In this document: piece by piece, positions 39,103 through 50,372 of the stretch
Numbering within the stretch: the first letter of the stretch is position 1
How the letters are laid out: every line of letters starts with the position of its first letter
DNA from: Balanoglossus misakiensis
Taxonomy: Eukaryota; Animalia; Hemichordata
Assembly: GCA_040954595.2 (NCBI GenBank)
Contig: CM082577.2
Coordinates: 2,232,001-2,296,000 of the forward strand
Reading direction: 5' to 3'
Length of the DNA: 64,000 nucleotides
Translations under genes and position numbers: made by a program
The notes under the pieces: model-generated
What the model saw: only the letters and a program-made list of their open reading frames with translations
Database searches by the model: none
What the model was told of the DNA's origin: nothing

Positions 39103-40819
39103 TCAATAACAGGTGAATTCACAAGGATCGTTCGATTCAAAGAGATACAATACATTGACCAGCGGGAAAGTAACCACCGCGCCGATGAAGGAGCCTATCT
39201 GCGTCACTCCCCCGTACCAAATCAGAGCAGAACGCCCGGATGCACGGAACCTGCCACCGATGGAGACCTTCACGTAGGTGAATACGAAGTAAAAGGACAA
39301 CCACGCCACCACCTGTGGAATGAATAGCAAAAATTTAGGGCCTGGGCATAATTAACGGGGAGGGGGTATTTTCATACTATGCAGGTGTTTAGGGGCGGGC
39401 AGCAAAATGTATCATCTTGAGTCAGTACTGTTCCTTATATTTGTGTACTTGCTACACAAATCTGTAAAATAAAATATAGTACTAGTATATTTGAGAAATT
39501 ATGAAGTACTGTTGAAGAAATTCATGTTTCGAGAAACTTACAGACAGCGTTGGTCCCCAGGCGTTACCACACAGCGGAGGATACGGACTCATCAGGGACA
39601 CGTAGAATATGTAGGCAGACACGAAGGTGGCCAAAGCGGAAAGGATTCCCACCGACAGATTAGACCTCGCCGGTAGCCAGTGCACGCACAGACTGGCCGC
39701 GGGGATCATCATCAGGCCGAGAGTCACGGCCAGGTGGTACGCGTAGTTGCCATAGGGCAGAGTGGAGTACGACTGTATGGAAGGCATTACGCCATTGGTC
39801 AGGCAGCACGACCAACCCTGTAGCAGCAAGAGGTACACCCAATCGCCTCGTGTTAGAGATACTGGGTTCTCAAGTTTCGCAGTTTCATCTAAAATAAAGA
39901 TATCTTTGTCGTCACGAACCGCTGCTCCGTTTTCTTTCCCAGACTCTCCCTGCACGCCGTCGATGGGCATAGAATATGTCACAAGTCCACCATCATTCTT
40001 GCTAATCAGCTTATTTGCATAAGTATTCTGGAGCTCCACCTGTTCGTCGGTCGGTTTAGCTTCGTACATGTCGTTTCCGTTTTCCTCCTTTTCGGGCTGT
40101 GCGCGGATGTTTCTTATTTTTGGCAAATGCACCAAAGGTGCGTACGACACTAAACTTAGGAGCAACAGAGAGGCGAGTAGAGCGAAATAAAGTTCAACCG
40201 AATATCTCGGTGTAGGGTAGTAGTATTCGGTCTCGTAGTACGTAACATTGATTGTGTTGTTTCCAGCGGTGGTAGTGTTGATGAACGTGTGATTTCGACA
40301 TTCCGGGTTGCCGCCGACCCCCTGTATCAACCCCAACACGCTCGGTATCAGTGCACTGAACCCCTCCCCGACAAAATACGAACTCATGAATATCCGGGGA
40401 AACGAAGACATGAAGGCCAGGAAGGACAGTGAGGACGTGCAATCCACAACCGCCAAGAGGCCGCTCAGCGCCAGGAACGCCGTGCTGTGCTCTTTCCCGT
40501 TAATGTAAGAAGTCTCGTCCCAAAACGGCACGAGCAGCAGACAGGCCGTCATCCCGACGACGATGATGATGTAATTGGTCGGTATCTCGATTCTCCTCGT
40601 CGTGAACCTGTTGACGACGGTGAAGATAATCGGCCCGATGTTGGCCAGCTGAATGATCAAGATCAGGTACGAGGCCAGCGCCCAGCCCTCCGGGAGATAG
40701 TTCACCAGAATCGGTAGCTGTACCCACAGACCGTTGATGTCCAGCCAAGACGCCATGCCGAACAAGCACACCATTGTATGCACCACCGAAAGAAACGATT
40801 TGCTGTTTTTGGTCTTCAT
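39103..40819 (-). CDS. SLC52A3: Riboflavin transporter, SLC52 family (SLC52A3-like), ~495 aa. Coding exons 40819-39542 and 39312-39103
   Basis: HTMVCLFGMASWLDINGLWVQLPILVNYLPEGWALASYL...QLANIGP, VDCTSSLSFLAFM, SYFVGEGFSALIPS, LTNGVMPSIQSYSTLPYG, MSPYPPL, and last exon WYGGVTQIGSFIGAVVTFPLVNVLYLFESNDPC, all diagnostic SLC52/GPR172 motifs. The paralog letter cannot be resolved. Confidence 0.93.
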
Positions 40820-41956
40820 TTTGTCTTCTCCGCCAAAAACAAGCAAGACTTGAAATTATAGTTTACCTTGCGGTAGTAAACCTCCAAAGGTGAACTTCAA
40901 GAACTTGATTATGATTATAAGGACGAATACGGCTTCTCAATCGGACGCGCAGGGGCTCTAAAATATACAAAATTGGGAGAAAAATGTTCATAATGATTTT
41001 GATATATATTCATTACTAAACGGGTGCAAGCTGGATTTCTGTCCGATGGCAATGGTCAAATTATGTCGTTTACAGAACTTGACCTTTTATATAATTTAAC
41101 CTAGTGTATAACAGGCCACGCGTGCCATGGTGGTGAAAATCACATTTAAAGTACACTGAACAAGTCTGGAAGACGGTAGATAGCAAAAACAAAACGAACG
41201 TACCTTATGCGTCATTTTGAAGTTGAAGTACATGTATTATTTTCCCAATTTTGGCCTGCGTTTCTTGAGCGCGGCTCGGTGGCTTCATGCGCGTTTAACT
41301 TGTTGTGGCACCTTTCTACAGATACCTGTTACGTGATGACACAAGCGGAATTTGTGTAACAGGTACTTTTTAGATCAGAATCTTGATTAAAAAACATTCG
41401 ATAAAGATTGGCCCCAACTGGAGAAGTGTGACCTTTAAAGACACCGAAGCAGTGAAGCTGGATTGACTGGTTGTCAATTTACTGGTTGTATACAATGTGA
41501 CGTGTTCGGCTTCCTATAGAACCCTGTCGACGTAACTTATACATACCCAGGCTATGTCTGCCAGCCGAATCATGTTCGAGCAAGAAACTGTATCTGATAA
41601 AAACAGAAGAAGAGTTGAAGAATACACAAAAGGTTGCTGCTTTCTTATATATTGACGTTATATAACAGTTCGGCAGATTACAGAACTCAGGCACAATACG
41701 CGCAATACGGACCTCGTTTATACGATTTATTTCAGTTTACAATCATCAGTTGTAAGCTTTCAAAATATAATCCCTGGAGAAAGTTTACAACTCATTCACA
41801 CCAATATCTGGAGCACCATGAATCACCCGTTTTCTCATATCCTTGTTAAAAGTGTATCCGTATACATGTACATTAATAATCTCGGATGGAGAACTTACAG
41901 ATATTTTTGTCCTTTTATGCAGGGACGGTCACACCACAAAGGTGGCCATAATCAAT

Positions 41957-44153
41957 TTACAATGCAGTACTTTGACAATGTTTCATGTGATTATATACGT
42001 CATCAATCCTTTGGCGTAGAGCGTGCCCGTAATCAATATCTAGCAGCGGCCAGTTGTTCAGTATCCTACAAGAAAACGTGTTTCGTGTTGAGGAAAACGC
42101 CGGTTCACTTTCCGAAACGGCACTGGTAAACAGATCAACGGCCGAGTCCAGGTCTGCGTGTAGCGCCCTCATTCGCTCAAAGGTGCTTCTCCGGAAAATG
42201 CAAACGGAAGTGAGGAACTTCTTCAGCGTCTGCAAGCGGTGCGTTGGGGAGAGCTTCAAGGCGAAGAAAAACGCGGTTTCGTTGTCGATCAACCAGAGTC
42301 TGCCGTGTCGCCTCAGTACGTTGTGGGTTGGTAGGTTGTAGAACCCCGGACCCTTGTGGAATTCGTGAAACATCAACCTACAATCGAAACATAGACAAAT
42401 TACAAGATTGTGTGAAGTTGCGCAAAACAAGCGATGTGATGTGATGTGATGCGATAACAGTCACATACCTGTCATAATGACCGACCAAATAGTCAAATAT
42501 TATCATGTCTGTGTACTGCATCAGGACGACCAATTCCTCAATTGATAGCTGCAGTAGAGTTGCATCTTTTAAATTCAACTGGTGTCCGCCATCTTTCAAG
42601 AATGGCGGGATGGGAACACTGGATAATAAAGGAGAAAATGGAATTTCAATTTGTAAAGTGGAGGAAGGGTTATGGATCGAGTTTAAATCTGTTCCAAAAT
42701 TAGCATTGCAACAGTGTTCGAAATTCGTAGGAAATATCAACCAGTCACCAGGACTGGCAACTTCAAAAAGTTGCCAGTCCTGCCAAAAACTTACCAGTCC
42801 TGATATTATACCTTACAATTAAATGTAATCAAATACAACTGAGAAGGTATTACCTCATCTTTGAACAATTGACGATGGGATGGAATCATCTTTCAGTTTC
42901 TCTTTACATTACTTAGATCATCGTTTCTTTTATTTGCAATTCATGAACTGGGGAAAGTCTAAAAGATGCCATGATACCACTGGTCAACTCCCACGCTAAA
43001 ATCAACCTGTCTGTCGGACTGGTAACATTTTATTTTTACCAGTCCTACAGAAAAACAACCAGTCTCGGACTGTCGGACAGGCTTTATTTCGTACACTGAT
43101 TGCAACATTAAAAACCCATACTCTTCTCCAGCGCCATCGATCCATTCCATCAGGGAGACCACTCCATCCTCGTCCCACGCCCTTCTTTTCATTACCCGCC
43201 GGACGTTCGCATTCTGCCAGTTGGGGTGGCGGCCGTCAAGTTGGCTCAGTATCACCAGTGGGACGTTGTTGAATCCAAGGAATCGACTCAAATGGAAAGA
43301 TAGCATTTCACCTGTAAATATAGTTGCAAAAAAACAACAAGTTTGTATACTGTACTTGTATAGCCTCTGTCTTAGGCTAGGTTGCGCGTCGGTTGTACGT
43401 CCATGGTTGAATCATTATACTAAACTTTACGGACCACATAAAACGTTCACAGCAAGGAAAAGGAGCATTATAAGTTGATTTTACAATAACATTTTTTCTT
43501 ACCGTACAACCAGCAAGAACTCTTGTACCGTGCGCACATCATGGTACCGTCGGATAGACGCACGAGTGAATTCTGTTGGGATGTTCGATCTCCGCAGCGC
43601 ACAGAGTCGGACATCTGAACAACAGTCGCGTTTCTCACAGGGAACATTTTCCTTTGCCAGTCTATTTCCCTTCTACCTGTAAAATTAAGAAAAGATCACG
43701 GACAGAATAAAGCCATTTTAAATGTATATCCTATAAACACTCATGCACAAAAATCTCCAACGAACGCGTCACATGGTTCTTTTACTGTCTAAACGCAACC
43801 TATTTACCTGACGGCATTCGCTCTTCCAGTTCTCTCGACCAATAAATACCATCTTCTATGACAGGAAATCCATATCTGTTCGAAATCACGCTTCGAATTA
43901 TTCCTGCATTAGTTTCATTGTGGATGGGTCCGGCGGCCAGAGCTTCTGAGCTATCATCCGCGTTCAGGGTACCCATGGACCGGCTGGGTTCATCGGGCCC
44001 ACCGAGCTGATGCACGCGTCTTTCGTGCCTTCCTTCTGCGATGTTCCCCTGACCGACGTAGTTGTCCAGCTCCGCCTGTAACCACAGCAAAGTCACCGCT
44101 GTAGCAGTCGCAGCGAACACGTAGAGTTTCCTGAGCTTCCGCGGGAATTTCAT
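41957..44153 (-). CDS. FJX1: Four-jointed box protein 1-like Golgi kinase. Exons 44153-43808, ~43676-43503, ~43311-43122, 42618-42469, 42377-41957
   Basis: N-terminal type II signal anchor, then IEDGIYWSRELEERMP, CGDR...NSLVRLSDGTMMCARY, GEMLSFHLSRFLG, VVSLMEWI, QYTDMIIFDYLVGHYDRL, NVLRRHGRLWLIDNETA (DNE catalytic motif), LTSVCIFRRST and HALRQRIDDVYNHMKHC. These match four-jointed/FJX1. Confidence 0.9.
42712..43098. mobile_element. 387-bp non-autonomous DNA transposon (MITE) in FJX1 intron 3
   Basis: TIRs CAGTGTTCGAAAT / ATTTCGTACACTG (12 of 13 match). Target-site duplication ATTGCAA at 42705-42711 and 43099-43105. Subterminal ACCAGTC(C)/GGACTGG repeats at both ends. Confidence 0.85.
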
Positions 44154-44930
44154 CCTTTTGCGTGTGTCGTCCGTCAGCTGAAAAATATCAGGCGCGCATC
44201 TATACCATTCTCAGACTTTTACCTGATTACCAAGCAAAGTCAGAACTTTCCACTGTTGGACTTCACTCTGCCCGAGTACACTCTGGCCAAGTACGACAGC
44301 CAGTACCGCTGTTCTCATGTCTTGTTGGATGTTCGGTATATGCTATATGAATGAGCTGGTGATCTTTTCTAGATATGCCAAGCATGCTGCAATATGGACT
44401 CTGCTCATATTTCCGCTCCCAATTTTTGTTTCTCTTGACATTTCAAGGATATATTTCCTGTTAAATCCACGCCCAAAACAAATGGATGCCCATGATCAGC
44501 AAACACTCAAACAACCAGCTCTTATGATTAACCAAACTTAATGTTGAACACAGCTGATACAGATGTGTCCATTTCGCGGAATGTGCTGGTAGGGGATTTA
44601 GTATGGTCTTTGGACAGCGCCCCCTCGAGGCAGATCAAGTCAATAGGCACGAATCTATTGTTTTTTGTGTGATTCTTTGGGTTCAAAGATATCCACTACT
44701 GTAAATATGTGGAATTGCTTGATGTTGCAAACCTACATGTACACTTGACTTGAGATGTGTATGTGTGTGTGTGAGAGAGCAATCTTTGTCAAGAAAGTAA
44801 GACAGTTTGCCACTGATTGGTTCATGCACTGAGCCTGATTTAACCAAACCAATATGTAATTTCAGAGCTCATCAGATGATTATAAATAAGACAAGAACTC
44901 AGAAGTTCTTTAAATATATTACTTTATTTG

Positions 44931-46274
44931 TCACCTAGTTCCTGTGCCATGATACTCTTTTGCAAATTCATCAAAATCTGATTCATCAAATATTGATTTT
45001 TCTTGAGGCTTTTCTGCTTCCACATTCAAGCTTCTGCCTTCGTGATGTGAAATGATCTGAAATGCAAAAGGAGCGAAGATGTGACATTCCAGAGACAAAT
45101 AGTTGTGCCTTCCAATACTTTGCATTCATGACTGCAAAGTTGATGATTCTCTGAAACATGTACATGCTTGCAATTTGACACAGATGCACATGACTGCCGT
45201 GGTGTTAGTTGTCAATGTCACGACCGACGAATGACTGGATCACTGCCAAGATGGACATGGCAAGTGTTTGACATTCCGGTATCCTAGGAATGTCACGTAG
45301 GTCAGTTCTAGCCAAGTACAGCACATAAAACACCCAACTTTGAAGTACATTTACCTTTTGGTAACTCTTGCATGGTTTTATTTTTGTTGTCTGACGCAGC
45401 ATGTATTCAAGGTTAGTGGCTGTGTTGTCTTCAGGGATGCTCTTCCAGTAAGATTCTGATATCGGGAAAAAAGGAATAAAATGAGATTACTGTGATCCAT
45501 TGTAGAAGCAATGTGTGCTTTTTTGTTTGGGCACAACTCATAACATGTAACAGTGATCTTGTACATTGTACAGCCCACACTCAAAATGAATAGTTAGGTT
45601 GTACCCTCTTCTATGTCTGTACTAGTTCATTTCCCAAATAAGACTAATGATTAGCATAATTCTATTCTTAGACTGCATTTTTACCAGGAGATATTGATCA
45701 GCCACACTCTATGCAAAACTCTCACGGTCACTTCAATACAGAAATGAATCATGTTTATATCTGAACATGTAAAACAAACATACCAACAGCTGATTTGATT
45801 CTCTTATTTTTAACGGTTGCTTTCCTCCTGACTTCTGGTTTTTGCAAGCTTCTCAACTTCTTCTTCACACCTTTTTTCTTTGTTCCTATCAATGCCATCT
45901 TATCTGTTCCCCTGGCAATTTTCCTTCTCTTCGTCTTCATGATGTCTTCAACACTTTCTGCATAAAAAAATTAAAATGAATAAAAATTCCTATTACAAAA
46001 TACCGACGAGATTCAATGCCCAGCATCGGCATTCAGTGTATTTCAGTACTCGTTAGAGAAACAGAAACAGTCAGAAATCGAAAATATTAAAAACATATAA
46101 ATTATTGTACGAGCGCCCTCCCAGATCCTCACAATCACAACATGTGTTCGTGGGCCGACACTCGATCGCGGATCTACCGTGGGGTACGTGGGTTATGACC
46201 ATCAGCGATTCTTTACCTGATTTGATATCATCCTTGAAGAGCTCCAAACCTTTGCGTACAAGTGAGGCAGACAT
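44931..46274 (-). CDS. RPS19BP1: Active regulator of SIRT1 / RPS19-binding protein 1. Exons 46274-46217, 45957-45784, 45455-45355, 45056-44931
   Basis: N-terminus MSASLVRKGLELF (compare MSAALLRRGLELL), central KSAVESYWKSIPEDNTATNLEYML, and C-terminal EKSIFDESDFDEFAKEY (compare TVFTEEDFQKFQQEY). GT-AG junctions are in frame. Confidence 0.9.
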
Positions 46275-47498
46275 TTTGTAGCGGCTGTTTCCCAAGGCTG
46301 ACAGCGATCCAAGTTTTGAGCGACCGACAACACTCAGTACTCAGCTCCACCACAGACCTACAGCCTCATTGCCCACGGCTATTCAACCCTCCCATTAGAC
46401 CCCTTAGACTACTTCTCGTTACTCCAATTGCATTTAGGGCATGTTGAAAACCACAACTCGAAAAAATGTTCAAAGTTGATCTCTAGTGTTCCGAGCAAAC
46501 AGCGATATCGTTTGATCACAATATAGACAGACTGTGAAAATTTTGAGTGACACATAAAGAAAATACAGGAATACATAGAAAGACAATCTCCCTAGGGGTT
46601 CTTTTTCAAGGTTAAAGGGCATTTCATTTACGATAAAACATTTCAATTGGTTTACACTTTGAGTGGCTTTGGCGACTTAGCCAATCAAAATTACCGTAAT
46701 AAACGGAGGACTCGCTGGAGCAATCCCAAGTTACCTTCTGTCCACATAGTCACAACAGCATTCAACGCAGAGTGAGGACAAGACCTCTGTAGGGAAAAGC
46801 GTTTTATTTTCACGAAATTTCTCGTTGATAGGTAGGTACGTGCTTATTACACTTCTGTATATCAGTTCCAGCGACCAGCTTTGATGTTATTTTGCAGTCA
46901 TGAAATTGAGGAAAACATGGTATGATTGATAAGCAGCGTAACCTTGGCTCTGCTGCATACGTTTTATCTGGCAAAGATGCAGATGATATGTGGAATCGCT
47001 GTCGGTTGACCTGAATGGCTGAAACGGGGAAGGCGTGTACTAGTTTCAATGCGTGCGTCACTGGAGTAGGCGCGGGTGCCAAGGCCATGATATAACTCTG
47101 CGTGCATTCCGACTCTTGCAAACCGACATTTATATACCATTAATCTATTATTGTACAAATTGAAACGACAAAATATTAAATATAGACTTGCATTGTGCAT
47201 TTTGAACGATTAACGAGGTCGTTGATGGCAAAATCGCTATTAAAAGCTCCAAGGAAAACATATCAAGTTTAGGTAAAGCATGGACGGTTACCACGTCCAT
47301 GGCAAAAGCTATGTGGGTGTGTCGATAGACTTAAGAGAAACCATATCACAATCTGAATATATCAAACTCCAGATTAGATATAAGATAAAACGATTCAACC
47401 ATATTCAATAAAGTTGTACATCAGTTGAGTCAAGGATAAGTGATGAATAACATTTTATGAGTGGGCGTGTCTCTAGTATGAAGATGTTACGAGATCTA

Positions 47499-47577
47499 TT
47501 GATTGCTCGATCGATTGAATAATTGATTAATTAATCAGTTTATTGATTTATTATTTTATTGATTGATTGATTGACTT
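47499..47577. repeat. Degenerate (ATTG)n-like microsatellite
   Basis: attgattgctcgatcgattgaataattgattaattaatcagttttattgatttattattttattgattgattgattgac. Confidence 0.6.
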
Positions 47578-50062
47578 ATTCTGGATATTGTTGATGGCTT
47601 GTTGCAAGGGCTTGGGAAGGGTTTTATCTGTAGCTCTGAAGCTGATATACTTTTATGTAAACAACATTGTCGCAACAGATATACAGGACACATTGTACAT
47701 GTATGATGTTTTTGCTGATAGAAACAGCCCAGTTGTTGATGTGTCTTTACTGTGTACTGTTGGTTTATGGTTAATCTTTCATCAAAATTTGTGCATACTT
47801 AATTTGTATTCTCTCTCTACACTGATATATTTCTCAGCTTACAAGCTGGCTTGCCCTCATTTCTGTTGATCTGTTGTGTGTGGACAAGCCATGTTTGGTT
47901 TCTGTCTAGCTTAGAAACAGAAGCGGGCGCAATGTGTTTTCGTGACCCAATTTCCATTTATGTCATAGTGTACCAGTAGCTGTACAGATCAGTGCTGTGC
48001 AGAAAGTTGGTGAAAGTTTAGCATTGATGGGCAGGGCTGTTCATATGCAAAGTAGCTGTTTGGTAGGAAAACCCACCTTCCCTATTAGGTGTAGCCAGGG
48101 TCTATGGTTAAACCTTTTACATGTTCAGAGTGATTACTCAAATATGTCTGAACCGACCGAATCCAGAGTTCATACAAGGACACAGCACTGGAATGTAGAA
48201 GTCATAGATTAGCATCAATTTGCTTTCCCAACACGATCCAATATATCCACCATGTGGCCATTCTCTGTAATTTACTTTCATGTCATGAGCCATTACCCAG
48301 ACCTCTCTGAGCTAATTGCTTTTAAAGCTAGTAAAAAGGTTGTATCGTGGTGACCCTAAACAAGTTAGTTGAAATTCTAATATGATCCAGTAGACCACGA
48401 TATAATTCCCAGATGTCCATTCTAATATTATTTGACCATAACTAAAGTTTGTGTTGCAAGGTTAGTGCAAGGACATAGCTGTATACTAACTTGCATATGC
48501 AAATTGGTTTTATTCATCAAGTGTCAACTTGGCCAGGTATTGTTTTTTTTTTGTCCCCATGGATGGTATATGGATGTATTGTGCTCTGTTACTCAGACAT
48601 GCTGACTAGACAGTGTGTTTAGAGTGTGATGTACAGTGTACATATATTCATGTCGATTTCTTTCAGGATATGATACGTCTGTCATGAATATGCAGAGATG
48701 CCATCTTGTTCTTGGAAATATATAACATTACTCTAATTGTGCCTGGCCTTATATGAAATAAAGAGAACACAGCTGTTGCAATGGCCTATTTATTCACTGA
48801 CGAAAACCAAATCTGTGTCGAAGGGGCATTGAACTGCAGTGCCTTGACCTTTGTGAGCACGTATACCACGTATACCGCAAGAGAGGAACAGTACCCAGGA
48901 TTACAGAAGGGGTAAAGGACCCTACTGTGTGTGTACTGGTTGTTTATAATGTGCGACCATAGGAAAACGATCTACTTTGTCCTAGTTAATACATGTAGTA
49001 TGTCTCTGGAAGTGTCTTGTGGCATTGAGCAACTTAGAACATAAGCCTGCTACAATTGATGTGCAGATACACCATGAAGCAGCCTTGTTTGAAGTGGTGT
49101 CGTGGTGTTTTTGTGTACACAGTCTCCCCTTTGGCGTTGTGGTGGACAAAACTGGTTTCATGTCAGTGTTGCAAGGTTGTTGTGAGTGGCAGTCGAAGAA
49201 AATTACCGCACCTAATTTGATAGAACTTGGTAAATGTATTGACTTCAGAGAGACACTGAGATATTAATAGCAGTGTCCCCTTGTTAACTAATTGCTAATT
49301 TGCATATTAATCAAGTTGTGCAGTTATATCACTGCACCAAATTGCTTGAGATACTGTTTTCTTAAAAATACATAATGATTCAAGAGACTAGTTATCGGCA
49401 TTCTGTAAGACACTAATAAATTTCACGATAATTTATTTCCAATTTGTACATTTTCAGTCTACAAACGAGAAAAAAATTCTGGCCATCACCTGTGCTATCA
49501 ACGTTGTGGTTGTTGTTCGATCGTTACCGGGTGTTGAAGCAAAGTGTTACCTGAAAGCAATTAGCTTTGTGATGCTGGATAACCACTGACCCTATGCCAA
49601 GCATCAGCTCATCCTGAATGGAAAAGTCTGTTTTCTGATGGGCATTAACATTCATGTAAATATTCGCTGAACATGGCATGAATTTTAATATTTTTTGCGG
49701 TGGTTTTTACAATGCGTCACACGCCATCGTTATTTCCCATGAGAATACTTACAGCTGAATAACATGCTGCTGGTAGTAGTGGGAGGGCCAGGTCTAATTA
49801 CTGTGAGGTCAAAGGTCAGACAAATGGAGAACTCTGTCTGAAACTGCTGTGTGCATTTTTTTTCAAAGTGGAACATTCTGGCGTTTCAAATTATTTGGTG
49901 AGGAGAAAAAAAAAATCAATCAGTGATGTCATTGTCAGTATTAGTTGAGTAATAGTGTACGTGATCTGATTTCTGTGTAGTGAAAAAGTAAAATCAATCG
50001 TAAAGAAAGACCTGTATTTTTTCTATTTCTAGCCATTATTACGAATAACAGTATTAAAATTA

Positions 50063-50372
50063 AGCAATAAAACACCCCCAGCCATGGTATACCACGAGAT
50101 TTTGACCAGTTCACGACATATACGCACGAGCGATAGCGAGTGCGTATATGGAGTTGAACTAGTCAAAATCGAGTGGTATACCATGGCTGGGGGTGTTTTA
50201 TTGCTATTATATTATGCCAGTATATTGAAACTTTGCATAAAACATTTTAAAAAGGCATTTTCTTTGACTATGATATATGACTGTGGTATATGGCTAATAT
50301 ATCACGGTCACGTGTCGTGTCTCGACCAATCAAATAGCGTGATTTACACTATCAATATACTGGTATAATATA
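50063..50372. repeat. Double-palindrome element: a 143-bp hairpin followed by a second inverted-repeat pair
   Basis: Perfect 33-bp arms at 50063-50095 and 50173-50205, inner 16-bp (one mismatch) and 11-bp stems around the loop GAGCGATAGCGA. A second IR at 50208-50228 and 50352-50372 matches 20 of 21. Confidence 0.85.

Noticed and set aside
41323-41365. Hairpin (TACCTGTTAC...GTAACAGGTA) upstream of the riboflavin transporter, considered as an FMN-riboswitch-like element
   Set aside because: It lacks the conserved RFN-element motifs, FMN riboswitches are bacterial, and a 10-bp stem alone is weak evidence.
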